In this document: one piece after another, positions 1 to 11,979 of the stretch | Layout of the letters: the number at the start of each line of letters is the position of its first letter | Position numbering within the stretch: position 1 is the stretch's first letter | Origin: Macrostomum lignano | Lineage: Eukaryota | Assembly: GCA_002269645.1 (NCBI GenBank) | Contig: NIVC01001599.1 | Location: 18,813-82,812, forward strand | Reading direction: 5' to 3' | Length of the DNA stretch: 64,000 bases | Translations under genes and position numbers: made by a program | The notes under the pieces: generated by a model | Seen by the model: the letters and a program-made list of their open reading frames with translations, nothing else | Databases searched by the model: none | What the model was told of the DNA's origin: nothing

Positions 1-149
1 GAGTTTCTACTTTTGACTCAGTTTTTATTGATGCTCACGCTGTTCTGCGTGTCTCTGTGTAGCCTTGTACCAAATCTGTTTTTGATTTTTCTATTTTTGG
101 TGCGCTCTCGCGTATTCTGAAACTGCGGTCTTGCTGATTGGCTGGGTAT

Positions 150-1845
150 CCTGCCTGTCCCTCTCTTGTCTCTCCCTCCCTTGTCTGTCCTTCCCTTGTC
201 TGTCCTTCCCTTGTCTGTCCTTCCCTTGTCTGTCCTTCCCTTGTCTGTCCTTCCCTTGTCTGTCCTTCCCTTGTCTGTCCTTCCCTTGTCTGTCCTTCCC
301 TTGTCTGTCCTTCCCTTGTCTGTCTCCCCCTTGTCTGTCCTTCCCTTGTCTGTCCCTATCTTTTCTGTCTCTCCCTTGTCGTCTGTCCTTCCCTTGTCTG
401 TCCCTCCCTTGTCTGTCTCCCCCTTGTCTGTCCCTCCCTTGTCTGTCCCTCCCTTGTCTGTCTCCCCCTTGTCTGTCCCTCCCTTGTCTGTCTCTCCCTT
501 GTCGTCTGTCCTTCCCTTGTCGTCTGTCCTTCCCTTGTCTGTCTCCCCCTTGTCTGTCCCTCCCTTGTCTGTCTCTCCCTTGTCGTCTGTCCTTCCCTTG
601 TCGTCTGTCCTTCCCTTGTCTGTCTCCCCCTTGTCTGTCCCTCCCTTGTCTGTCTCTCCCTTGTCGTCTGTCCTTCCCTTGTCTGTCTCCCCCTTGTCTG
701 TCCCTCCCTTGTCTGTCTCTCCCTTGTCGTCTGTCCTTCCCTTGTCTGTCTCTCCCTTGTCGTCTGTCCTTCCCTTGTCTGTCTCCCCCTTGTCTGTCCC
801 TCCCTTGTCTGTCTCTCCCTTGTCGTCTGTCCTTCCCTTGTCTGTCTCCCCCTTGTCTGTCCCTCCCTTGTCTGTCCCTCCTTGTCTGTCCCTCCCTTGT
901 CTGTCTCCCCCTTGTCTGCCCCTCCCTTGTCTGTCCCTCCCTTGTCTGTCTCCCCCTTGTCTGTCCCTCCCTTGTCTGTCTCTCCCTTGTCGTCTGTCCT
1001 TCCCTTGTCGTCTGTCCTTCCCTTGTCTGTCTCCCCTTGTCTGTCCCTCCCTTGTCTGTCTCTCCCTTGTCGTCTGTCCTTCCCTTGTCGTCTGTCCTTC
1101 CCTTGTCTGTCTCCCCCTTGTCTGTCCCTCCCTTGTCTGTCTCTCCCTTGTCGTCTGTCCTTCCCTTGTCGTCTGTCCTTCCCTTGTCTGTCTCCCCCTT
1201 GTCTGTCCCTCCCTTGTCTGTCTCTCCCTTGTCGTCTGTCCTTCCCTTGTCTGTCTCCCCCTTGTCGTCTGTCCTTCCCTTGTCTGTCTCCCCCTTGTCT
1301 GTCCCTCCCTTGTCTGTCTCTCCCTTGTCGTCTGTCCTTCCCTTGTCTGTCTCCCCCTTGTCTGTCCCTCCCTTGTCTGTCTCTCCCTTGTCGTCTGTCC
1401 TTCCCTTGTCTGTCTCCCCCTTGTCTGTCCCTCCCTTGTCTGTCTCCCCCTTGTCTGTCCCTCCCTTGTCTGTCCCTCCTTGTCTGTCCCTCCCTTGTCT
1501 GTCTCCCCCTTGTCTGTCCCTCCCTTGTCTGTCCCCCCTTGTCTGCCCCTCCCTTGTCTGTCTCCCCCTTGTCTGTCCCTCCCTTGTCTGTCTCCCCCTT
1601 GTCTGTCCCTCCCTTGTCTGTCTCCCCCTTGTCTGCCCCTCCCTTGTCTGTCCCTCCCTTGTCTGTCCCTCCCTTATCTGTCTCCCCCTTGTCTGTCCCT
1701 CCCTTGTCTGTCTCCCCCTTGTCTGCCCCTCCCTTGTCTGTCCCTCCCTTGTCTGTCCCTATCTTTTCTGTCCCTCCCTTGTCTGTCCCTCCCTTGTCTG
1801 TCCTTCCCTTGTCTGCCCCTCCCTTGTCTGTCCCTCCCTTGTCGC
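150..1845. repeat. 15-bp minisatellite (TTGTCTGTCCTTCCC and 15/18-bp variants)
   Basis: 15-bp period seen directly; the + strand has almost no A, so no stop codons, which explains the long spurious ORFs. Confidence 0.95.
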
Positions 1846-2259
1846 CATTCGCAAGCCACTGACCAGAGCTGCCATAAAAGTTCCTCGTGTCAAGCTGGAT
1901 TGCCGGTTTGCTAAAATTTCCCAAATTTGACTTCTCGTTACTGTTTTGTGTTTTTGACCTGTCTGCTAAACGCCTGTCAGAATTCTGTTGCATCATATTC
2001 TATTTATTTTTTTCTTGGCGCAAATGGATTTTCGAAATTTTTTACGAGAAAATTAATTAAACTTTTTAATCTTATTTGATTGTTTGGTTTCTTTTTTAAT
2101 ACTACTGTTAGTAAGCGATTTGATCAGTTGCGGCATATGTAAACTATCGGCGCTTATCTGTCTGTCTATACAATGTCCTGTTTCGTTTTACATCAGATAT
2201 TTGTGAAGCTTTTGCACCAAAATTAAATAAATTCTTTGGCGTGCAGAATGTTTGTTATA

Positions 2260-4495
2260 CACCATTTTACCCTCGCTTTTGAGCAGGCTCCGTTTCACTT
2301 TGGACAGTCGGAACTTCAGTTTAGAAACTTTTAGACTGGAGCCCCGAATCTACATTCACTATCGACAAACTCCGTTTCAGTATCGACAGCTAAGCTTTGT
2401 GCTGCTACACTTCTATCTATTTACATAGGCAAGTACGGAAACGCACATCCAGATCTAGGCGAAACTCCCTTTCACTTTCGACAAACGCCACTTCTCCTTA
2501 AACAGTCTATGGTCTAAGCTGCTGAAACTCCGTTTCACTTTAGTCAACCAACATTCAAGATAGACAAGGTACATTCACTTTAGACATGAACTCACACGGG
2601 AGGTGTGTAAAGGTTTATTAAGCATGTTCATGGAAATTTCCAAGGTTTAAAACTTTCATTGTAACAGAAGATGGCGTGCATGGAGGATTTTTTATCAATA
2701 AACAGTTAGCTTGGCTGCCTAATTTAAAAGGCATTTGAGAATTCAGGACTTCCGAAAAATGTTTGTTTAACAGCGTCGTGATTAAAACGGCAAAGCCAAC
2801 AGAAGCGAAGCGATAGTTCAGCGATGGGTTCTGATTTCCATTAGCCATCAATTGGCTGAGACGCCAAGCACCGTGGCAGATACCTGAAGCAATGGCTGAG
2901 CCACCGTGCCACCTTCTCTGGAGTGATGCAGTCGGCGGTGCCGTCCACCTCACGAGCTGCTGCTCGGTCGGCCTGATGAAGGAATCTTGGATCGCCGACA
3001 GTCGACGCTTCAGAGCCGCCTTCCAGCATGATATCGCGTTCTCAACTGGGGTGAGAAATGGGCTGTAGGGTGGCAGTCGTCTCACTTCCACAGCGTCTTC
3101 GACCTCGTAGCTTTCGGTGTCATTGTGGCTGCTGACGTTGTCTATGACAACACTGATGCTGCTGTCCGGAAACACGCTGTGGAAGTTGGCGATTGTGATT
3201 GTGAGAAACTCGCCGAATCTCTCCTTTGTCATGCCGCTGTCGTATGACTGGAAGTGCACGATTCCAGCAGCCGGGCTTACTACCAGGCAGACGGTGATGC
3301 GCTGTCCCTTCTGTCCAGAAACCTGTTGGTACACGCGCTGTCCACGAAGAGATCGTCCATAGGATCGCCGCATCCATGTGTTGAAGCCAAACTCGTCAAT
3401 AAAGATCTTCTCTGTGTCAGATGCTTCGGGCGAGCACATCCACTGAGCAAATTGCTCACGAGCGGCTACAACCCTTGGCGAGTTGCGCTCAGCTGGAAGA
3501 TCTCGTGCCAGCTTCGTTGTGAACAGTGCACCGTCGAGTTTTATGCTCAGTGTCTTTTCTGAGACATGCTGCTTCTCAGGAAAAGCTTGTCTGAGCATGG
3601 TGTTCATCTCTTTCAGAGTCAGCAATGGATTCTGCTCCACGATTGCGCACAAATATTCTTGCATCTCACCATCCCACTTCACGTTCTTGGCTCCGCCGCA
3701 CGAAAGCTTCTCCACTCGTCCACTCCTCACAATGGAATATGCGGTCGTTCTCTTGATGCCAAGTTGAGAGGCCAGTAGGATAAAATCTTCGCCCTTCTGG
3801 TAAGCGGAGAGAAGTCGCTGCCTGTCATGGTTGCTCACTGGCTGTCGCTGTTGCGCTGGAGCCTGCTCTTCAAAGTTGCTTTCACTTTCGTCTTCGTAAC
3901 CAGGCTCCTCTTCTAGGTACGAATCTTCACTGTCCTCCATATTTTTCAGGGCTTGCTTTAGCGAATATATTTAGCGAATAGGCTTCAGTGTTTGGAGCGA
4001 AGGGAGAGTAGGCTGAGACTTTGGTTCGGAAGTTCGGAAGGTCTGGCCGGCGACCCTGCCACCCCACACTGTTCAAAGGGGCGAAAAAGGTGTCTTAAAA
4101 GGTATCTATGGTCAAAACCCCTCTTTCAGCCAACACTTAGGCGTAAACAAATGACGCATCTAATAATCTGTCTAAAGTGAATGTATCTTGTCTATCTTGA
4201 ATGTTGGTTGACTAAAGGGAAACGGAGTTTCAGCAGCTTAGACCATAGACTGTTTAAGGAGAAGTGGCGTTTGTCGAAAGTGAAAGGGAGTTTCGCCTAG
4301 ATCTGGATGTGCGTTTCCGTACTTGCCTATGTAAATAGATAGAAGTGTAGCAGCACAAAGCTTAGCTGTCGATACTGAAACGGAGTTTGTCGATAGTGAA
4401 TGTAGATTCGGGGCTCCAGTCTAAAAGTGTCTAAACTGAAGTTCCGACTGTCTAAAGTGAAACGGAATTTGTTCGGGGGTGAGGGTAAAATGGTG
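2260..4495 (-). mobile_element. IS630/Tc1/mariner-superfamily DNA transposon, 2236 bp, with 327-bp TIRs and TA TSD
   Basis: TIRs 2260-2586 and 4169-4495 (terminus CACCATTTTACCCTC; about 4 mismatches plus one divergent 14-bp patch); TA at 2258-2259 and 4496-4497; internal DDE transposase. Confidence 0.93.
2841..3940 (-). pseudogene. IS630-like DDE transposase, frameshifted near 2950
   Basis: Motifs IFIDEFGFN, VIDNVSSH and LPPYSPFLTPVE; the family-like C-terminus (ITPEKVARWLSHCFRYLPRCLASQPIDG, stop 2841-2843) is in a different frame. Confidence 0.88.
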
Positions 4496-4559
4496 TATTA
4501 ATTTGTTACTATCTCACTTTGTTTATGCTTTGATTGGTTTCAATGCCATGTGTGCTACT

Positions 4560-4945
4560 CTACCCTCTTCTCTCCCTCCCCTCTCCCCTCTCTTCTCTCC
4601 CCTCTGCCCTCTCTTCTCTCCCTCCCCTCTACCCTCTCTTCTTTCCCTCCCCTCTACCCTCTCTTCTCTCCCCTCTGCCCTCTTTTCTCTCCCTCCCCTC
4701 TACCCTCTTCTCTCCTCTGCCCTCTCTTCTCTCCCCTCTACTCTCTCTTCTCTCCATCCCCTCTACCCTCTTCTCTCCCTCCCCTCTGCCCTCTCTCCTC
4801 TCACCTTCTGCCCTCTTCTCTCCCTCCCCTCTGCTCTCTTCTCTCCCTCCCCTCTATCCTCTTCTCTCCCTCCCCTCTGCCCTCTCTTCTCTCCCCTTCT
4901 TACCTCTTTAACCCCTCCACCCTCTACCCTCTTCCCTCTCTACCC
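4560..4945. repeat. CT-rich degenerate tandem repeat
   Basis: Nearly pure pyrimidine CCCTCT/CTCTT-type units. Confidence 0.9.
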
Positions 4946-5048
4946 ATTCACCTACAAGTAGAACACTGTGCACTCTACTAAGTAAGTAGTATAAGCGGAG
5001 CTATTGCGCCTTAAAGAATGAACGCTACCGACGCGCCGCTCAAACTTG

Positions 5049-5549
5049 ATGCCGCTGCTTCAGCAAGACGCATCGGAGAGTCCTGCCGCGGACCTGCTGA
5101 CCGCCATTGCCGCCGTGCGGGTGAGCTCGGTGCTGAACAGGAACAACTCCGAGTTCGGCAAGCGGCACCTCACCGATCGCAATCCCGAGACCTGCTGGAA
5201 CTCCGATCAGGGCGCCGGGCAGTGGATTGAGCTGGCCCTGGCCCGGCCCTCCCGGCTGCTCAGCCTGCAGCTGCAGTTTCAGGGCGGCTTCTCCGCCACC
5301 CGCTGCCTGGTGGCCGCTCTTCCAGGCGATGGCGAGCCTCAACTGCTGGCGGACGCCCGCCTCTCCGACTCCAGCCAGTTGCAGTCGCTGAACTTGGCGC
5401 CGGGCGCGCCGCCCGTGCGCGACCGGATTCGACTCACTTTCTTAGAAACTGCCGATCCTTTTGGCCGGGTGACAGTCTACCAGCTGGGGGCACCGTGCTC
5501 CCGTGCTGACTCACACGCCTTAGCTAATGATCCCAAATCCCTTAGCTAA
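5049..5549 (+). CDS. NR2C2AP: Nuclear receptor 2C2-associated protein (TRA16) homolog, intronless
   Basis: VRVSSVLNRN..FGKRHL...ETCWNSDQG...QFQGGFS...DPFGRVTVYQL matches the family motifs; ATG at 5049; the stop lies inside the downstream minisatellite. Confidence 0.9.
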   Translation: MPLLQQDASESPAADLLTAIAAVRVSSVLNRNNSEFGKRHLTDRNPETCWNSDQGAGQWIELALARPSRLLSLQLQFQGGFSATRCLVAALPGDGEPQLLADARLSDSSQLQSLNLAPGAPPVRDRIRLTFLETADPFGRVTVYQLGAPCSRADSHALANDPKSLS

Positions 5550-6737
5550 TGATCCCAAACCCCTTAGCTAATGATCCCAAACCCCTTAGCTAATGATCCC
5601 AAATCCCTTAGCTAATGATCCCAAATCCCTTAGCTAATGATCCCAAATCCCTTAGCTAAGCATCCCAAATCCCTTAGCTAATGATCCCAAATCCCTTTGC
5701 TAAGCATCCCAAATCCCTTAGCTAAGCATCCCAAATCCCTTAGCTAATGATCCCAAATCCCTTAGCTAAGCATCCCAAATCCCTTAGCTAAGCATCCCAA
5801 ATCCCTTAGCAAAACATCCCAAATCTCTTAGCAAAGCATCCCAAATCCCTTAGCTAAGCATCCCAAATCCCTTAGCTAATGATCCCAAATCCCTTAGCTA
5901 AGCATCCCAAATCCCTTAGCTAAGCATCCCAAATCCCTTAGCAAAACATCCCAAATCTCTTAGCAAAGCATCCCAAATCCCTTAGCTAAGCATCCCAAAT
6001 CCCTTAGCTAATGATCCCAAATCCCTTAGCTAAGCATCCCAAATCCCTTAGCTAAGCATCCCAAATCCCTTAGCTAATGATCCCAAATCCCTTAGCAAAG
6101 CATCCCAAATCCCTTAGCAAAGCATCCCAAATCCCTTAGCTAATGATCCCAAATCCCTTAGCTAAGCATCCCAAATCCCTTAGCTAAGCATCCCAAATCC
6201 CTTAGCAAAGCATCCCAAATCCCTTAGCAAAGCATCCCAAATCCCTTAGCTAATGATCCCAAATCCCTTAGCTAAGCATCCCAAATCCCTTAGCTAAGCA
6301 TCCCATATCCCTTAGCAAAGCATCCCAAATCCCTTAGCTAATGATCCCAAATCCCTTAGCTAAGCATCCCAAATCCCTTAGCTAAGCATCCCAAATCCCT
6401 TAGCAAAGCATCCCAAATCCCTTAGCAAAGCATCCCAAATCCCTTAGCTAATTATCCCAAATCCCTTAGCTAAGCATCCCAAATCCCTTAGCTAAGCATC
6501 CCATATCCCTTAGCAAAGCATCCCAAATCCCTTAGCTAAGCATCCCAAATCCCATAGCAAAGCATCCCAAATCCCTTAGCTAATGATCCCAAATCCCTTA
6601 GCTAAGCATCCCAAATCCCTTAGCTAAGCATCCCAAATCCCTTAGCTAAGCATCCCAAATCCCTTAGCTAAGCATCCCAAATCCCTTAGCAAAGCATCCC
6701 AAATCCCTTAGCTAAGCATCCCAAATCCCTTAGCTGA
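5519..6737. repeat. 22-bp minisatellite (CTTAGCTAATGATCCCAAATCC / ..CTAAGCATCCC..), about 55 copies
   Basis: 22-bp period seen directly. Confidence 0.95.
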
Positions 6738-6958
6738 GCATGGTGACACTTTAGTTCCTTGGCACCAGTTGCCAGCAGTTGAAATGCGAAGTCTTTTGTC
6801 AAGTAGTTATGTACGCCTGTGCCATGAAATATATTTTATGAATTTTATCATTGGAGCGAGGTATTCATGCCTCGCTGTATTTTACAGACATGTATCATCA
6901 CTGTACTGAGCGTAAAATGAACGAAATCACCACGTATTTTTACGTTATCTCAATGAGT

Positions 6959-7315
6959 GACGGACAGTGGCCGTAGCCCAGTGGTCTAGCGCAGGCTCTG
7001 GTGTGCCAGCGGTCCAGGCTCGATTCCAAGTGCAGTCACGTTAATTTGGGGCTAAATTGGATTCTCGGCTTGGCTCTGCTCGTGCAATCAACGCCCTTGA
7101 GGGCCAACCCCCAAGGCACGGTGAAGTGTACTTGCCTAACGATAAAATAAAGTTAGGGCCGCTGTCCACTCCTTGCACTTGCGCTTGCGCTTGTGAGCCT
7201 ACTCAGGGGAGTCTGCGGAATGGGCAGTAATGCCTCTCGCCGGTTGTGTGCCTATGTCGCTTAAAGTGCGCCAAGGTGCACACAACGGCCCTGCCTCTTC
7301 TACCTCTAATAAATA
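6959..7315 (+). mobile_element. tRNA-derived SINE
   Basis: A-box-like TAGCCCAGTGG (6974-6984), B-box-like GGCTCGATTCC (7017-7027), A-rich tail TAATAAATAA, candidate 7-bp TSD AATGAGT (6952-6958 and 7316-7322). Confidence 0.7.
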
Positions 7316-7352
7316 AATGAGTTAGGGAATGAGGATACGCTTGAGTCTGAAA

Positions 7353-9095
7353 ATTGGATTGGATGGGGTCAGGCAATTGGGTTGGATGGGGTCAGGCAAT
7401 TGGATTGGATGGGTCAGGCAATTGGGTTGGATGGGGTCAAGCAATTGGGTTGGATGGGGTCAGGCAATTGGATTGAATGTGGTCAGGCAATTGGATTGGA
7501 TGGGGTCAGGCAATTGGATTGAATGTGGTCAGGCAATTGGATTGGATGGGGTCAGGCAATTGGGTTGGATGGGGTCAAGCAATTTGGCTGGATGGGGTCA
7601 GGCAATTTGGCAGGATGGGGTCAGGCAATTGGGTTTGATGGGGTCAGGCAATTGGATTGGATGGGGTCAGGCAATTGGGTTGGATGGGGTCAGGCAATTG
7701 GATTGAATGTGGTCAGGCAATTGGATTGGATGGGGTCAGGCAATTTGGCTGGATGGGGTCAGGCAATTTGGCTGGATGGGGTCAGGCAATTTGGCTGGAT
7801 GGGGTCAGGCAATTGGGTTGGATGGGGTCAGGCAATTGGATTGGATGGGGTCAGGCAATTGGATTGGATGGGGTCAGGCAATTGGGTTGGATGGGGTCAG
7901 GCAATTGGATTGAATGTTGTCAGGCAATTGGATTGGATGGGGTCAGGCAATTGGATTGAATGTGGTCAGGCAATTGGATTGGATGGGGTCAGGCAATTGG
8001 ATTGGATGGGTCAGGCAATTGGGTTGGATGGGGTCAAGCAATTGGGTTGGATGGGGTCAGGCAATTGGGTTGGATGGGGTCAAGCAATTGGGTTGGATGG
8101 GGTCAGGCAATTGGGTTGGATGGGGTCAGGCAATTGGATTGGATGTGGTCAGGCAATTGGATTGAATGTGGTCAGGCAATTGGGTTGGATGGGGTCAGGC
8201 AATTTGGCTGGATGGGGTCAGGCAATTTGGCTGGATGGGGTCAGGCAATTGGGTTGGATGGGGTCAAGCAATTGGATTGGATGGGGTCAGGCAATTGGGT
8301 TGGATGGGGTCAGGCAATTTGGCTGAATGGGGTCAGGCAATTTGGCTGGATGGGGTCAGGCAATTTGGCTGGATGGGGTCAGGCAATTGGATTGGATGGG
8401 GTCAGGTTGGATGGGGTCAGGAAATTTGGCTGGATGGGGTCAGGCAATTTGGCTCGATGGGGTCAGGCAATTGGATTGGATGGGGTCAGGCAATTGGATT
8501 GGATGGGGTCAGGCAATTGGATTGAATGTTGTCAGGCAATTGGATTGGATGGGGTCAGGCAATTGGGTTGGATGGGGTCAGGCAATTTGGCTGGATGGGG
8601 TCAGGCAATTTGGCTGGATGGGGTCAGGCAATTGGGTTGGATGGGGTCAAGCAATTGGATTGGATGGGGTCAGGCAATTGGGTTGGATGGGGTCAGGCAA
8701 TTGGATTGAATGTGGTCAGGCAATTGGATTAGATGGGGTCAGGCAATTGGGTTGGATGGGGTCAGGCAATTTGGCTGGATGGGGTCAGGCAATTTGGCTG
8801 GATGGGGTCAGGCAATTTGGCTGGATGGGGTCAGGCAATTGGATTGGATGGGGTCAGGTTGGATGGGGTCAGGAAATTTGGCTCGATGGGGTCAGGCAAT
8901 TGGATTGGATGGGGTCAGGCAATTGGATTGGATGGGGTCAGGCAATTGGATTGAATGTGGTCAGGCAATTGGATTGGATGGGGTCAAGCAATTGGGTTGG
9001 ATGGGGTCAGGCAATTGGATTGAATGTGGTCAGGCAATTGGATTGAATGTGGTCAGGCAATTGGGTTGGATGGGGTCAGGCAATAGGATTGAATG
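7353..9095. repeat. 23-bp minisatellite (GGATTGGATGGGGTCAGGCAATT), about 75 copies
   Basis: 23-bp period seen directly. Confidence 0.95.
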
Positions 9096-9478
9096 GTGTC
9101 CTTAAACTCCCGATTCAAAGGTTGTTAATTAATTTTCTCAGATGTATATTTCACTGTGACGAGCCGGCACATCTGGATATATGCGCTATATACAGTATAT
9201 CTTATTATTACTATAATATAGGTATTCATTACTTGCGCAGTAAAATGATATGGTGACTACTGTAATGCTAGATGCATTGCTTCGTTTATCTTATTACAAA
9301 AACAAATTGTCTTCAACAATTGCCAACAGAAAGTTTTTTATCTAATCTCCCTATTGCACAAGCGCGTGCATAAATATCGTTTTATAGCGTCCGTCTGCCT
9401 GTCCGTCTGCCTGTCCGTCTGTCTGCCTGTCCGTCTGTCTGCCTGTCCGTCTGTCTTCCTGTCCGTCTGTCTGCGTCG

Positions 9479-10220
9479 CTACTTCCGCCAGCTGCCGCTC
9501 TGAAAGTGAAAATTAAAAACACTATAATAATTTGTTTTAAATTCAGCAACATAAACACACTATACTGCTTTAAGAAGTTTCATCAGTAGAACAATCTGCG
9601 CATGAAAATTGTTTGTTTCATGGTCGACTGTATGCAAATGTACTTGTAATATTTATCTCACCTTCTGAGACCTCTCAATTACAAACTGTGCAGGTACATG
9701 TACATTTGTACATATGTGCTTTGCCAATTAGTGAAAACTGCAGCTTCGCTCACCGTGTGGATTTCGTAGATGCAGTTGCGCAGCCGGCCGCCGCAGAACT
9801 CGTCCCGGTTGCCGTTGCAGCGCAGGTTGCACTCCCGTTCGCTCTTCTGTCCGTACAACCCGTAGGTGTTGCCGCAGAAGCACAGGCGCCCGTTCTGCAG
9901 CCCGAAGTACCGGTAGCGGAGCCTGTCGCACTCCCTGTAGCAGAACTCTACCGACATGCGGCTGCGGGCCACGTAGTTGGAGAGGTCCCGCCGGCTGGTG
10001 TCGCCATAGCAACCAATGTAGGAGTACTTCGGCCCTGCGATCGATAGGAGAATGGAAAAAATAACCCCAGTTCAGTTGAAAGACAGACAGACAGACAGAC
10101 AGACATACATACAGACAGACAGACAGGCAGACAGACAGACAGACGGACACTAAGACAGACAGACAGGCAGGCAGGCAGACTGTCAGGCAGACAGACAGAC
10201 AGACAGACAGACAGGCAGGC

Positions 10221-10263
<43 letters not shown>

Positions 10264-10377
10264 GACAGATGGACACTAAGACAGACAGACAGGCAAGCAG
10301 ACAGAGCAGACAGACGGACAGACAGAGACAGACAGACAGATGGACACTAAGACAGACAGACAGGCAGGCAGACTGTC

Positions 10378-10414
<37 letters not shown>

Positions 10415-10565
10415 GTCAGACGGACAGACAGGCAGACAGACAGAGACAGACAGACAGATGGACACTAAGGAAGACAGACAGACAGACAGACAGAGCAGAC
10501 AGACGGACAGACAGAGACAGACAGACAGATGGACACTAAGACAGACAGACAGGCAGGCAGACTGT

Positions 10566-10600
<35 letters not shown>

Positions 10601-10759
10601 ACGCACAGACAGACACTAAGACAGTCAGACAGACAACACAAGGAATCAAAACAGGCAAATTGCCTGTCAAATAGATGCCTTACGGTATTGTTCAGCAGTA
10701 CAGCCAGCTATGAAGAACAGTGCTGCTGCAGCCAGATACAAAATGGTTAATTTCGACAT
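9479..10759 (-). CDS. Small secreted single-WSC-domain protein, 125 aa; exons 10759-10684, 10034-9754, 9499-9479
   Basis: Signal peptide [22 protein letters not shown]; WSC pattern YIGCY..CYREC..YFGLQNG..CFCG..ECNLRC.G...EFCGG; GT-AG introns with matching phases (1, 0); CDS 378 nt ending SGSWRK*. Confidence 0.88.
10080..10635. repeat. (CAGA)n compound microsatellite in WSC gene intron 1
   Basis: Seen directly. Confidence 0.95.
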
Positions 10760-11586
10760 TTGCAATTTGTAGATACAGTAATTCAGCTAGATATAGTAGA
10801 CAACTTTAAAAGATCTGTAGTCAGTTGTTGACGGCTGAAGTTTTAAATCTTGCTAAGCAATTTATAAACATTATGCCCAAACAACTCAGCATGAGTCCCA
10901 ATTCGAAGGCAACCCCGCTAGCTACAGCAGATTAGATTACGCGAGCGACGCGAGCCTTTATGCCCGCGGTTTTTAAAATCTACGGGTCGATTTCTGCTCT
11001 GAACAGCAGTACAGATTGTCGGCATGGCAACTAAGGAAAGTAGAGACGACCTCTGCATTTTTTGGCATTTATGTGGTGCTCACATGGTAAAGATAAGCTT
11101 TTTATTTCATTATTTTACAAGATCAACGTTAAGTCGAGCATTTTACTGTGTAATTTGTGTGTCTGGTAAAATTGTGATGCACAGCTGTATAGAGATTTTA
11201 CCAGCTGACTGCATCCGTTGCAGGTTTGTTAAAAAACCCGGCCTGTTAAAAAAAAACAATTAACAGATCAGACTCAAGACTCGCTCATAACTATATACAT
11301 GTATTAATTTACATGTAAGTACATATCATGGACATGCAAAAATTGAAAGTGTGCCTGCACGTGTGTTACATATGTGTACATGCATTTTGGTAGGTGAAAT
11401 CTGCATTTGCATGTACATTTCCGTGTAGTACGCAAAAAATTGAATCTCACGAATATATTATTAATATATTACAAATTTATGTACATGATACCTACACATT
11501 TATAATCTTGAGGTACTTCGAGAACAATTTATACATGTACATATATGCAGAGCAATAAAACAGTCAAACAGTCATATGTTGCAGTA

Positions 11587-11979
11587 CCCCCTAGAGGACA
11601 TTCTGTTTCTCAAACTTAGCAGAACTAGTCTCTGTGCCATTCTTAGCAGATCTTCTCAATCTGCTCGGTTCTTGCAGGATCTTCTACGATGGGAGGTACA
11701 TTTGTTTTGTTATTCATTTGGCTAAGTGTTCTGCTGAACTATATTTGATTTTATGACAAAATGGGACAATAAATTTAAGAAAATATGCGATTCGAAGCTA
11801 TAAAAGGACATAAAAGATAAGATCTTATACGATGTAGCAAGTCGCCCAGATCTGGTAAGTTTACCTAAGTATTTATTATAGTAAAGATCTTGCACGTTTT
11901 TGCAAGTTACTTGCGCAGCAACCCAAGAAGCTGATAGACAAGATCTGCTAGAATCAACAAGTCAATGTCTTCTAGGGAC
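11587..11979. mobile_element. MITE-like element with TA TSD
   Basis: Imperfect TIR CCCTAGAGGACATT / AATGTCTTCTAGGG; subterminal inverted TAGCAGATCTT / AAGATCTGCTA; TA at 11585-11586 and 11980-11981. Confidence 0.6.

Noticed and set aside
131-1996. Four ORFs of 546-599 aa
   Set aside because: Translations of a 15-bp array whose + strand nearly lacks A; no coding evidence
2618-3940. Bacterial IS630 contamination or a 440-aa intact transposase
   Set aside because: Long eukaryote-style TIRs integrated in host DNA; the last about 110 aa of the ORF are out-of-frame read-through
6969-7040. Possible tRNA genes here and at 37451-37520
   Set aside because: A/B boxes are present but no convincing cloverleaf; both continue into SINE bodies with tails
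7329-9105. Overlapping Gly/Trp-rich ORFs, and similar ORFs in other arrays (28155, 42929, 47020, 52591, 54847, 59405)
   Set aside because: By-products of tandem repeats, several lying inside introns
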